A stretch of DNA of 64,000 bases. Origin: Candidatus Sulfomarinibacteraceae bacterium. Its GTDB lineage: Bacteria > Acidobacteriota > Thermoanaerobaculia > Thermoanaerobaculales > Sulfomarinibacteraceae. Made by a program: the position numbers and the translations under genes. Shown piece after piece: positions 18,607 through 27,891 of the stretch. How positions within the stretch are numbered: the first letter of the stretch is position 1; the number at the start of each line of letters is the position of its first letter. The notes beneath the pieces are model-generated. The model did not search any database. It worked only from the letters and a program-made list of their open reading frames with translations, and was not told where the DNA came from. The stretch is from positions 1,152,001 to 1,216,000 of the forward strand of contig CAWCLO010000001.1 of the NCBI GenBank assembly GCA_963796455.1, written 5' to 3'.

Positions 18607-19887
18607 TCAGACCGTGACCAACGACTCCACGGCCGAAGGGTAACCAAAGAAATAGCCCTGTTGCAGCTCGATCCCGAGTTCCTGAAGGACTCGGACCTCG
18701 TCCTCTGTCTCGACGCCTTCGGCAATCACGAGGGACTGGCTGTCCTCGGCAAATCGGATGATCGCCGACACCAGGTTTCTTTTGATGGGTTCGTCGGGCA
18801 GATCGCGGACCAGCATTTTGTCGAGTTTGATGAAATCCGGCTGCAGATCCGCGAGCACGTGGAGGGCGCTGTAGCCCGTTCCCATATCGTCGATCGCGAT
18901 CCGAAATCCGTGTTTTCGAAGTTCGGCGATCCGCTCACGAAGACGGGCCGCACTTTCGGCGTAGGTGCGTTCGGTGATTTCGAGAACACACTCGCTCGGC
19001 GACCGGCCGGCCTCTTCGAGTCGGCCCCGTAACCCCGTCCCCTCCGATTCGATGAATTCGAGTCCGAGCATGGAGAGATTGAGAAACAGGACCGCGCCCT
19101 CGGGAAGTCGGCAAGCGTTGCTCAGGGCCCGCTCCACGCACAGCAGTTCAACCTCGCCGAGCATCCCAGCTCTTTCGGTGAACCCAAAGAGATTGTCGGC
19201 TGATTCGAGATAACTTCCTTCGGGCCCCCGGCTCAGCGCCTCGAAGCCGAGAATCTCTCGATCGGGCAGCCGGACAATCGGTTGAAACAATGTGTGGACC
19301 GTCCGATCACGGAGTATCCGGCGGACCTCACCGAGACGGGCCTGATCGAGCGCCTCACCTCGACGGTGGAAATCTTGTCGAGCTTCGAGGATACCGTTGT
19401 AGATGGTGCGCTCGACACGCAGCGCGGGCCGCATCTTGATGACGCCCTGACCGACTCTGACGGATACCCGTTCCGTCTCGCCGGTCTCGTCGGTGATCGA
19501 GATGCCGTCGATGAGCGAATCGTGCAGCCTGCCCGCTTCCATGTGATCGGAGAGAATGACAAGGAAAATGTCACCCCGCACGTTTTCCTGGCACAACAAG
19601 CTTCCCGATTCCGAGGTTGCCTCGAGGAGGCCGCTCAAATGTCCGGCAACACTGCGGAGCACGGCGTCGTATCGTTCCCAGCCGACGATCCGTTCGAGAT
19701 GCTGCTCATGTTCGATACGAACGAGCATCACCTGCAGGGTCTCCCGCTCATCCAGCATTCTCCGGATCCGATCGATCACCACGGGAAGTGTCGGAAGCTT
19801 GGTGACCGGATCGAAGAGGCTGGCTCGGTACTGAAGAATCCTCGTCTGCAGTTCGACCGGATCGGTGTTCTTGAAACTGCTATTCAC
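18607..19887 (-). CDS. EAL-domain c-di-GMP phosphodiesterase with a degenerate GGDEF-like N-terminus
   Basis: FQPIV, FEALSRG, LEITE, IAIDDMGTGYS, IKLDK, AEGVET, QGYFFG; DPVTKLP upstream but no intact GGDEF. Confidence 0.9.
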   Translation of the reverse strand: MNSSFKNTDPVELQTRILQYRASLFDPVTKLPTLPVVIDRIRRMLDERETLQVMLVRIEHEQHLERIVGWERYDAVLRSVAGHLSGLLEATSESGSLLCQENVRGDIFLVILSDHMEAGRLHDSLIDGISITDETGETERVSVRVGQGVIKMRPALRVERTIYNGILEARQDFHRRGEALDQARLGEVRRILRDRTVHTLFQPIVRLPDREILGFEALSRGPEGSYLESADNLFGFTERAGMLGEVELLCVERALSNACRLPEGAVLFLNLSMLGLEFIESEGTGLRGRLEEAGRSPSECVLEITERTYAESAARLRERIAELRKHGFRIAIDDMGTGYSALHVLADLQPDFIKLDKMLVRDLPDEPIKRNLVSAIIRFAEDSQSLVIAEGVETEDEVRVLQELGIELQQGYFFGYPSAVESLVTV

Positions 19888-20266
19888 TCGGTTCGCCTTG
19901 GGAAACTGCCAGGAGTTGACGAACCTGGCGAACCAGCTCACGAGGAGAGAATGGCTTGCAGATATACGCGTTGGCACCGAGTTGCAGCGTTCCAAGCTGA
20001 TCCTGATGCCCGCTGCGGGCGCTGACCACGAGGACGGGCACATCGACACCGTTCGGATCGAGGCGCAGGAGTTTGAGCAGCTCCATGCCATCGAGGTCGG
20101 GCATCATCAGATCGAGTAAAACGAGATCCGGAGGATCGGCGAGCAACCGCGCGAGCGCCGAGCGCCCATCGGTGTCCGTGTCGACCTCAAAACCGTCGGC
20201 GCGGAGGATAGTCGCGAGGAGGTCGACCATATCCGGTTCATCATCAACAACGAAAAGACGCGTCAT
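19880..20266 (-). CDS. Single-domain response regulator
   Basis: VVDDE, DLVLLDLMMPDLDG, KPFS. Confidence 0.93.
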   Translation of the reverse strand: MTRLFVVDDEPDMVDLLATILRADGFEVDTDTDGRSALARLLADPPDLVLLDLMMPDLDGMELLKLLRLDPNGVDVPVLVVSARSGHQDQLGTLQLGANAYICKPFSPRELVRQVRQLLAVSQGEPSE

Positions 20267-20284
20267 CAAACCTCCCTCCCGGTG

Positions 20285-21862
20285 TTATTGCACGTCACGC
20301 GCGGCTTCCACTTTAGCAGAGGTGGGGCCCCCGGCGAGTCTTTCTCCACCCGCCCCGATCGTCGGCAACCAGACAAAAAAGGTCGAACCGACCCCGGGCT
20401 CACTCTCCGCCCAGACCGACCCGAGATGGGCCTCGACGATGCTTCGGACCAAGGAGAGCCCGAGACCCATGCCACCAAATCTGCGGCGAGAGCTCGGATC
20501 AACCTGGTGGAATCGATCGAAGATCCGAACCAACTCCGTGTGCGGTATGCCGACACCGCTATCCTGCACCCTCACCAGAACCCCGTCCCGGTCTTCGTGA
20601 CGCCGGCGTTCTGCGATCACCAGCACCGAACCGGTATTCGCGCAGAACTTGACCGCGTTGTCGAAGAGATTCAGAAAGATGCGTTCGATCTGTTCGACAT
20701 TTGCCTCGAGACGCGGGAGATCCGATTCCACCCGAAGCGCGAGGTCCATTCCACGTCCTTCGATCCGAGGCTGAAAAGTGTCCGCAACACCCTCCAGGAG
20801 CAATTTGAGATCAACCTCTTCTCGTTGCGCGTCGAGGGCGGTAAACCGATCCAGGTGCGCCAGCTGAACGAGTTCTTCCACACGCAAGGAAAGTCGCTGG
20901 ACGTTTTTCTGACAAATCGTCACCGCACGGTGGGCTTCATCGGGCATGCTTCCGAGGCCACCGTCCGACATCAACTCCAGATAGCCGCGAAGGGCGGTGA
21001 GCGGTGTCTTGAGCTCGTGCGACACATTGGCCACGAGATCGGCCTTGGTTTGATCGAGAGTTTCCAGCTCGCGGTTGGCCTCTCGAAGCCTGTGGATATT
21101 GGCGACCAGCTCGTCTGCCATCAAATTGAAGCCTTCGGCGAGCTCACCGATCTCGTCCGGGGAGTCGACCAACACCCGCTCATCAAGGTTTCCCGCCTGA
21201 AGTCGCTCGACACCTTCCCGCAAACGTTCGACGCCACGGGTGATGCCACCTGCCAGCCGCACCGACGACCACTGGGTCAGACCAAGGCCAATGGCAAGAA
21301 TGAGCGCCGACAGCCAAAGTGATGATCGCAACTGTCGATCCACGTTGTAATAGCTGAAGGTCCCGATTACCGAATAGTGGTGTCCTCCCCAGGGCATCAC
21401 CACCGGCGACACCACCCGGTAGACGCGCCGCCCGTCTCTCCCAACGATGCGAACCGCGGTAATTTCGAGACCCGAGATCGCGCGCAGCAATTCCCGGTCG
21501 GAAATGACCGGTGGGTTGCCTCCATCACCGTAAACAGCGACATTCGCAGCGTCCGCCTGGAGCTTCACCCGCCCGCGCACATCGACGACCTCGAGCCGTT
21601 CCACATCGCGGTTGAGTTCGCGCATTTCGACCACTTCCTGATCGAGCATGCCGCGGCCGGAGGACTCGAAGAAGACGACCTGATCAACCAGTCGATCACT
21701 GACCAGCGACGCATAGGTCAGGGCCGAGGCCTCCATATTCTGTTGCACGGCACGGTGGCGGAACACCACCAGCACAAGGGCGCTCAGGACCAGACTGCCC
21801 ACGACCGCAAAAGCGATGTAGCGGGCGATCCGCGTCTGCAGTCGGCCGTTCTTAGCCGGCAT
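20285..21862 (-). CDS. HAMP-domain sensor histidine kinase
   Basis: Two TMs, DEIGELAEGFN, VSHELKTPL, NLFDNAVKF, DSGVGI, GMGLGL. Confidence 0.94.
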   Translation of the reverse strand: MPAKNGRLQTRIARYIAFAVVGSLVLSALVLVVFRHRAVQQNMEASALTYASLVSDRLVDQVVFFESSGRGMLDQEVVEMRELNRDVERLEVVDVRGRVKLQADAANVAVYGDGGNPPVISDRELLRAISGLEITAVRIVGRDGRRVYRVVSPVVMPWGGHHYSVIGTFSYYNVDRQLRSSLWLSALILAIGLGLTQWSSVRLAGGITRGVERLREGVERLQAGNLDERVLVDSPDEIGELAEGFNLMADELVANIHRLREANRELETLDQTKADLVANVSHELKTPLTALRGYLELMSDGGLGSMPDEAHRAVTICQKNVQRLSLRVEELVQLAHLDRFTALDAQREEVDLKLLLEGVADTFQPRIEGRGMDLALRVESDLPRLEANVEQIERIFLNLFDNAVKFCANTGSVLVIAERRRHEDRDGVLVRVQDSGVGIPHTELVRIFDRFHQVDPSSRRRFGGMGLGLSLVRSIVEAHLGSVWAESEPGVGSTFFVWLPTIGAGGERLAGGPTSAKVEAARDVQ

Positions 21863-22170
21863 GACTCACCGGCTTTCCGCTGTGCGAAAGCGGGGTGGCG
21901 TGGCCACGGGGTTCTGTCTCCTTCCGCTGCAGCACCAATGGTGAGAAGCCCGGTCTTCGAATCACGGCAGTGCCACCGCCGGCTCGAAACCAACCAACAC
22001 GTCCTGGCTCGCCATCTCAGTCCATTCCAATCCGCCGAAAGAATGAGTCCGCCACACACAAGACATCACCGCGCGAGCATTTGAAAACTGCAAACGGGCC
22101 CAAGCTGTCAACCTGCGTGCGTCAATTCGATCATACCCTGCGTAACGCGCAACGGCCGACTGGACTGGTG

Positions 22171-23070
22171 TCATTCGAGGTTTTGAACCTGTTCCCGAAC
22201 TCTTTCGGCGGCAGTCTTGGCATCAACCAATCGGTCAGCGACACCGATTTCACGGCACTTCGAACCGAGAGTGTTGAGCTCCCGGTGGATCTCCTGGCAC
22301 ATGAAGTCCAATGTCCGGCCGACGACCCCTCCAGCCGCCAGTCGTTCGGCAAAGGTCTCAAAATGAGCTCGAAGTCGAACCACCTCTTCAGCCACATCGG
22401 CACGATCGGCAAGGAGGGCGGCCTCCTGCGCCACTCGCTCGGGATCGACCACCGTTCCGGGCTTCAAGAGCTCGGCAATACGCTCCCCGGTGCGTTCCAG
22501 GACCCGGCTGCGAAACTCCGGCATCTGAGGCTCGAACCAATCCACAAACGAGGTCACCAATGCCAATTCGGTGCGAATCTGGAGAGCCAGCTGTTCACCC
22601 TCCCGCAGACGCATAGCGACCGCTTCGTCGACCGCCGAATCCACGACCCCTCGCAGGGCAAGCCGTTCCTCATCGTCGAGAATCGTCTCTGGTGCGGAAA
22701 TCGTGATTAGACCGGGTACTGCGAGCACATCGGCAGCGCTGAGCGGCTGAGGTGCAGAGCCTTCCGGCGAGTCGATCCGCCCCAACTGGTTGAGGACATC
22801 CTGAATCGCGTCGGCATTGACCTTCACAGCAACAGCTGGAGCGCTGTTCCATTCCAGATTGAGCTGGGCGGTCACCCGGCCTCGCTGGAATCGATCGGCG
22901 ACCGAGGACCGGGTCAGCGCCTCGATCTCGGGGGCCTCTTCCCTGAGGTTTGTCTTCACCTGTATGTCCAGATACCGGTGGTTGACGGAGCGGACGACGA
23001 TCCCCGCACCGAGGCGATCTGAAAGCCGGCCCCTCGCCCGACCAAAACCTGTCATGCTCGCCAGAGTCAT
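22171..23070 (-). CDS. yicC: YicC/YloC family endoribonuclease
   Basis: SMTGFGR, RSVNHRYLD, EEVVRL, GRTLDFMCQEIHRELNTLGSK, REQVQNLE. Confidence 0.93.
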   Translation of the reverse strand: MTLASMTGFGRARGRLSDRLGAGIVVRSVNHRYLDIQVKTNLREEAPEIEALTRSSVADRFQRGRVTAQLNLEWNSAPAVAVKVNADAIQDVLNQLGRIDSPEGSAPQPLSAADVLAVPGLITISAPETILDDEERLALRGVVDSAVDEAVAMRLREGEQLALQIRTELALVTSFVDWFEPQMPEFRSRVLERTGERIAELLKPGTVVDPERVAQEAALLADRADVAEEVVRLRAHFETFAERLAAGGVVGRTLDFMCQEIHRELNTLGSKCREIGVADRLVDAKTAAERVREQVQNLE

Positions 23071-23147
23071 CCTGCCTCCTTTTTCACTGAGCGTACGGAT
23101 CAGAATACAGGTTCTGAGGCTCTGGATCGAGCAGAAAATCTGCTCCG

Positions 23148-23560
23148 CACGATACTCGATGCTGGATGCTCGATACTGGATGCTGGATGCTGGATGCTGG
23201 ATGCTGGATTCCGATCCAGGATGGCAGAGGAGCACGGGAGCGGAGGGGCAGAGGACCGCTCGGCATCTTCGCTGTCGCTATCGGGATCGCTATCGCTATC
23301 GAACGGCTGCGGTGGATACCTTTCCTGAAAGGGAGAAAGGGAGACAGTAGGTCCGCTCTTTTCGATCGCCACCACATCGACAACGATTCCGAATGTGAAT
23401 CTTATCTGCGTAGATCCTTCGACTCGGTCGCGAAGCTCCTTCGCTCAGGATGACATTCGGCCAGTGGTGCCACGGCCAACACAGCCTCATGTCATCTGCG
23501 TGATCTGCGGTTTCTCATGGGATGTTCGGCGAATTCCGAAATCCGAATTCCTAATTTTCA
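23148..23560. repeat. Composite repeat locus R7: GATGCTG heptamers, GCAGAGG octamers, ATCGCT hexamers, GGGAGAAA, half hairpin (23412-23456), ATCTGCG nonamers, TTCCGAA heptamers
   Basis: Left part homologous to 38475-38602; right part is an inverted near-copy of 42473-42593. Confidence 0.9.
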
Positions 23561-24166
23561 AAATTCTGGTTCGCGTTTCTCGAGAAAGGCCCGTGCTCCT
23601 TCGGCCGGGTCGCCGGAGGCAAAGAGCAATCGAAAGGTGGCCAATTCCAGGGCGAGGCCGGCGCTGCCGGTCGCCGACGAGCGGATGAGATCGCGCACCG
23701 ACGTCAAAGCCGGCACCGAAGAGGCGGTGGGCAAGGGCAGCGGATCGCCGGTGGGGATCACCGCCTCCGCCAATCCAATCGTGGCCGCCTCGGTTGCTGC
23801 CACGTCGGCAGTATCGAGCAGACCACGGAACAGAGCACGGCGCCCACGCCGAGTGAGTGCCCAGAGAACGCCCGGATTGGGCGCCGCCGAACTCAGCGAG
23901 AGCCTGAGAATCGCGTCCGGTCGGAGGTAGACGAGGTCAGAACACAGAGCCACCTCCAGCGCGGGAGATGCCACCGTCCCGGCGACATCGGCCACCGTGA
24001 CGGCACGGCTACGGGTCCAGGGTTCAAGGTCACCCCATGCGATGGCCTCACCGTCACCGCCCTGACGGAACTCGGTAATCAAATAACCCGGTTCAAGGGA
24101 GAGATCGACCAGATCGCGGAGCTGCCGTGCCGGATCGAGATCGTGATTCCAACGAGCTGGATTCAT
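23558..24166 (-). CDS. Divergent, short enoyl-CoA hydratase/crotonase-like protein
   Basis: LEVALCSD, AATIGLAEAV, C-terminal LELATFRLLFASGDPAEGARAFLEKREPEF. Confidence 0.65.
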   Translation of the reverse strand: MNPARWNHDLDPARQLRDLVDLSLEPGYLITEFRQGGDGEAIAWGDLEPWTRSRAVTVADVAGTVASPALEVALCSDLVYLRPDAILRLSLSSAAPNPGVLWALTRRGRRALFRGLLDTADVAATEAATIGLAEAVIPTGDPLPLPTASSVPALTSVRDLIRSSATGSAGLALELATFRLLFASGDPAEGARAFLEKREPEF

Positions 24167-24538
24167 GTCCCAAAGTGTAGCCCGGATATCCGAAAGAGCA
24201 GGCGATCGAGATCATCAATTCTGGGGCCTGGAGATGATCTTACGGAAAGCCGGAGGCGGTGACGACGAAAATTTGATCCAGCAATTGTGATATCGAGACG
24301 ACGCCCGACCTTGCGGTCGCACCCGGCACGTTCTCGGGCCGGATTGCGTTGCGGAATCGACTCCGCCCCACACCCCGTTTCCGCGTCTAGCAACCTTCAT
24401 GCCCAAAACACGATTCAAACTCGGCACGCGTCAAAGAAATCTCTTTTAAATACATGCATTGAAATCACTTAACTCAATTCTGAAGAATATGTTACAATAC
24501 GCGGCCGAATCGAAAACAGGGAGGAATCACCTCACTTT

Positions 24539-26029
24539 ATGGCAGATCTGCACCAGTTCCGTACAGCCCCCGAAGAACCCCTCGATTGTATTTACATCCT
24601 GCAGGGCACCGGTAAGGATCCCATCGGGGATCTCGAGTTCTCAGCCAAGGAAAGAAAGTCTCTGCGAGCCAAGGCCAAGGCACTTGGCCCCCAAGGCGAA
24701 GCGGGCGAGATCATTTCGGGCGAGTGTCCCCTGGATATTGCGCACCGGATGACCTTTGTCGGTGTCGGCGACGAGAAGAAGATCACTCATTCGACCATGC
24801 GCAAGGCCCTCAACACGGTCATGCAGCAAGCGACGAAGAACCGCGAATACCAGATCGGCCTCGCCGTTCCGGTGCGGGTCCACGGCCTCTCGGAGGCCGA
24901 CTCACGCCTCTTTGCGCTGCGTGAGGCTTCGATCTCGGACTACACCTACGATGTCTTCAAATCAAAAAAGAATGAGTTCGAGAAGATCGATGGTCTCCAC
25001 ATCTTCCCGCTCGCAAAAGAGACCGAGGAGTTGCTCGAAGAGCGGCTTCAAAGGGTTCGCCTGCTGAGAACCTCGCAGCAGCTTGCTCGCGATCTCGGAA
25101 ATCGCCCCGCAAACGATCTCACCCCGGAAGCTTTCGGCGTCGCCGCCAAAGAGATGGCCGAAGAGGTCAGCGGTCTTCGGGTCACGATCATGGGAATGAA
25201 AGAGCTGCTCAAAGACAAAATGGGCGGCATCCTCGGTGTGAGCCAGGGCTCGGCCGAGGAACCACGGATGATCGTGATCGAGCACCGTCCAAAAAAACCG
25301 AAAAAATCGATTGTGCTGATCGGCAAGGGCGTGACCTTTGATTCCGGTGGAATCTCCCTCAAACCCTCCAAGGGCATGGGGTGGATGAAGTACGACATGT
25401 GTGGCGCTGCCACCGTGATGGGTGTGATGAGGGCAGTCGCCGACCTCGATCTGCCGATCAAGGTCGTCGGCCTGATTCCGGCGGTCGAAAACCTGCCCTC
25501 AGGCACCGCCATCAAACCGGGCGACGTGCTGACCATGGCCAGCGGCAAGACCGTTGAAGTCGACAACACCGATGCGGAAGGCCGTTTGATCCTGGCCGAC
25601 GCCCTGCATTTTTCCGCTCGCTTCAACCCCGACATCGTCATCGACTATGCGACTCTCACCGGGGCCTGTGTGGTTGCTCTGGGTCATGAAGCCGCCGGAC
25701 TCATGGGCAACGACGATGACCTCCTTGAAACCCTGAAAAAGATCGGTGAGGGCGTTGGAGAACGAGTCTGGCCGATGCCGCTCTACGAGGAGTATCTGAG
25801 CTACCTCAAGAGCGATTGGGCAGATCTCAAGAACGCCGGCAGCCGCTGGGGCGGTTCCTTGACGGCGGGCTGCTTCCTGGAACAGTTTGTTCCCGAGAAG
25901 GTCAGTTGGGCGCACCTCGATATCGCGGGGGTCGCGTACAACGAGCACGAGCACAACGGTCTTCCGACCGGGGCTTCAGGCTTTGGAGTTGTTTTGACGG
26001 TCAACTTCCTCGAGCAACTGTTGAAGTAG
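24539..26029 (+). CDS. pepA: Leucyl aminopeptidase (M17)
   Basis: GKGVTFDSGG, MKYDMCGAA, NTDAEGRLILAD, ATLTGA, HLDIAG. Confidence 0.95.
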   Translation: MADLHQFRTAPEEPLDCIYILQGTGKDPIGDLEFSAKERKSLRAKAKALGPQGEAGEIISGECPLDIAHRMTFVGVGDEKKITHSTMRKALNTVMQQATKNREYQIGLAVPVRVHGLSEADSRLFALREASISDYTYDVFKSKKNEFEKIDGLHIFPLAKETEELLEERLQRVRLLRTSQQLARDLGNRPANDLTPEAFGVAAKEMAEEVSGLRVTIMGMKELLKDKMGGILGVSQGSAEEPRMIVIEHRPKKPKKSIVLIGKGVTFDSGGISLKPSKGMGWMKYDMCGAATVMGVMRAVADLDLPIKVVGLIPAVENLPSGTAIKPGDVLTMASGKTVEVDNTDAEGRLILADALHFSARFNPDIVIDYATLTGACVVALGHEAAGLMGNDDDLLETLKKIGEGVGERVWPMPLYEEYLSYLKSDWADLKNAGSRWGGSLTAGCFLEQFVPEKVSWAHLDIAGVAYNEHEHNGLPTGASGFGVVLTVNFLEQLLK

Positions 26030-26055
26030 CAGTGCCGATCCAAATCGGAGAAACC

Positions 26056-26082
26056 AAACGCCGCGGTCGACGCGGCGTTTTT
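26056..26082 (+). terminator. Rho-independent terminator after pepA
   Basis: AAACGCCGCG-GTCGA-CGCGGCGTTTTT. Confidence 0.75.
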
Positions 26083-26117
26083 CCGTTGCCGGGGGGGCCG
26101 TGAACACGCCGCTGGCT

Positions 26118-27242
26118 ATGCCCTCATCTCTGAAAATCGGACCTATCGAAGTATCACCACCGGTTGTTCTCGCACCGATGGCCGGGGTCACAAACTATCC
26201 CTTTCGAACCATCTGTCGCCGCTACGGTGCCGGTCTCTACATCAGCGAGATGATTACCGCCAGGCCGCTGGTGGACGGCCACGAAAAGACCCTCAAATTG
26301 GCCGACTTCGGCCCCGGTGAAAGCCCCCGCAGCCTGCAACTCTACGGAGTCGATCCACACTACGTGGGTGAAGCGGTCTCCAGGCTGGTCGGAGAGGGAC
26401 GCATCGACCATCTCGACCTCAATTTCGGCTGCCCGGTCCGCAAGGTGACCCGCAAGGGAGGCGGTGCCGCAATCCCCGCCAAACCCCGTCTGTTGACCGC
26501 CATAATTCGCGCTGCGGTTCGCGCGGCAGGCGAGGTTCCGGTGACCATCAAGTTCAGAAAAGGCATCGATGACGACCACCTCTCGTACCTCGAATCGGGA
26601 CACATCGCCGAGAGTGAAGGCTGCGCCGGCGTCACCCTGCACGCCAGGACCGCAGCCCAACTCTATGACGGCCGGGCCGATTGGGACGCGATCGGCGAGC
26701 TCAAACAGGCTCTTTCCACAATTCCTGTGATCGGCAACGGCGACATCTGGGTGGCCGCCGACGCCATGAGAATGGTGCGCCAAACCCAGTGTGACGGCGT
26801 CGCCATCGGCCGCGGTTGTCTCGGCCGGCCCTGGCTCTTCCAGGACCTCGACGACGCATTTTGCGGCCGAGAGCCCCGCACTCCCCCTGATTTTGGAGAA
26901 GTTGCGGATCTCATGATCGAACACCTTCACATGCTCGCGGAGTGGTTCAACGAGTCGCAGGCGATCCGAGGTTTTCGCAAACACGCCGGTTGGTATACGA
27001 GAGGTTTTGCTTCCAGCGCGCAACTTCGCGACCGGCTGATGCGGGTGCAATCGGTGTCGGAATTCGAAAACGTGGTCGCAACCGTCGACCGTTCGTTGCC
27101 CTATCCACAATCAGCCCATCTGGTCCGCCGCGGCAAACGCAGCGGAACCCAGAAAGTTGTCCTTCCCAACGGATTCTGGGACGACCCGAACGACGCCACC
27201 CCTCCAGATGCCGAGGCGGAACAGAACATCTCCGGGGGCTGA
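26118..27242 (+). CDS. dusB: tRNA-dihydrouridine synthase
   Basis: LAPMAGVT, DLNFGCP, LHART, GNGDI, GRGCLGRPW; start ATG 26118 or GTG 26100. Confidence 0.93.
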   Translation: MPSSLKIGPIEVSPPVVLAPMAGVTNYPFRTICRRYGAGLYISEMITARPLVDGHEKTLKLADFGPGESPRSLQLYGVDPHYVGEAVSRLVGEGRIDHLDLNFGCPVRKVTRKGGGAAIPAKPRLLTAIIRAAVRAAGEVPVTIKFRKGIDDDHLSYLESGHIAESEGCAGVTLHARTAAQLYDGRADWDAIGELKQALSTIPVIGNGDIWVAADAMRMVRQTQCDGVAIGRGCLGRPWLFQDLDDAFCGREPRTPPDFGEVADLMIEHLHMLAEWFNESQAIRGFRKHAGWYTRGFASSAQLRDRLMRVQSVSEFENVVATVDRSLPYPQSAHLVRRGKRSGTQKVVLPNGFWDDPNDATPPDAEAEQNISGG

Positions 27243-27261
27243 AGTCCACACGGTCACTCAG

Positions 27262-27680
27262 ATGGCAGATACCAGATGCTGGATGCTGGATCACTCTTGT
27301 CCAAGACAGAATCTCGGAAAGCTTTCAGGGACAGCGACAGAGAACGGTAGACAGCGTCAGCGAACAGGAATCAGCGGCAGCGATCAGGAGTCCAGGCGAC
27401 GAAGTGGCCTCCTCCGGGTGGTTCAACAGAAGGAAAAGCCGTTGTGGTGTCGGCGTCTCGCCTGCACACCGTGCGGCCGAGACGGCCGCACCACAAAGGC
27501 CGGAGCCCGAAGAAGTGAATGCTGTTCGCTGTCCCGGCCGCTGATCGCTGTCGCTGATGACTGACCGCTGCCGCTGAATACTGTTCGCCGACCCTGTCCC
27601 TGCCGCTGTTCGCTGTCCCGGAACGCTGTCATCGCCAATAGTGATCCAGCATCTGGTATCTAGTATCCAGCATCGAGCAT
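27262..27680. repeat. Composite repeat locus R8: complete nested palindrome (heptamer arms > 16-bp boundary > CAGCG/CGCTG arms > REPIN 27443-27495)
   Basis: AGATACCAGATGCTGGAT...CACT (27267-27295) versus AGTGATCCAGCATCTGGTATCT (27640-27661). Confidence 0.9.
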
Positions 27681-27877
27681 CACGAATCGGAAGGGTGTAC
27701 CGGAAGCATCGACTTTCCGTTGCGATCGCAACTCCCAATATCCTGACCCTCTACCACGCAATCGCAGTTTGGTCCGCCACAGGAGCCCTTGAGGCTTCGA
27801 CCGGTCACCAGCACACCGATCACCATCACCAGAACAGAGACCGCAAAAAAAAGGAATGTCAGGACGATGGTCGACAT
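27680..27877 (-). CDS. nqrM: Na+-NQR maturation factor NqrM-like protein
   Basis: TM helix plus LKGSCGG and further Cys residues; directly after apbE. Confidence 0.8.
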   Translation of the reverse strand: MSTIVLTFLFFAVSVLVMVIGVLVTGRSLKGSCGGPNCDCVVEGQDIGSCDRNGKSMLPVHPSDS

Positions 27878-27891
27878 CAAAGCACCTCGAA

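Noticed and set aside
21863..22170. Riboswitch or small ORF in the 300-bp gap upstream of the histidine kinase
   Set aside because: A CCGCT…GAAAGCGG hairpin exists but does not match the c-di-GMP-I/II consensus as I know it; the short ORFs have no recognisable features; needs an Infernal scan
23071..23235. Long N-terminal extensions given by the ORF track for yicC (also mtnA, pckG, the HD gene, hutU, tauE)
   Set aside because: Peptides such as SSIQHPASSIEYR and FSPSPFLP are read-through of intergenic repeats; better starts with a -10 or SD lie downstream
24420..24510. AT-rich patch before pepA as foreign DNA or a dif/att site
   Set aside because: Short and explained by a promoter region (TG-T-TACAAT near 24490); no integrase and no clear XerCD consensus
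27228..27260. Possible C-terminal Sec in DusB (…SGG-TGA), and similarly NqrF (…FGG-TGA)
   Set aside because: These look like normal family C-termini; no convincing SECIS-like hairpin or conserved continuation
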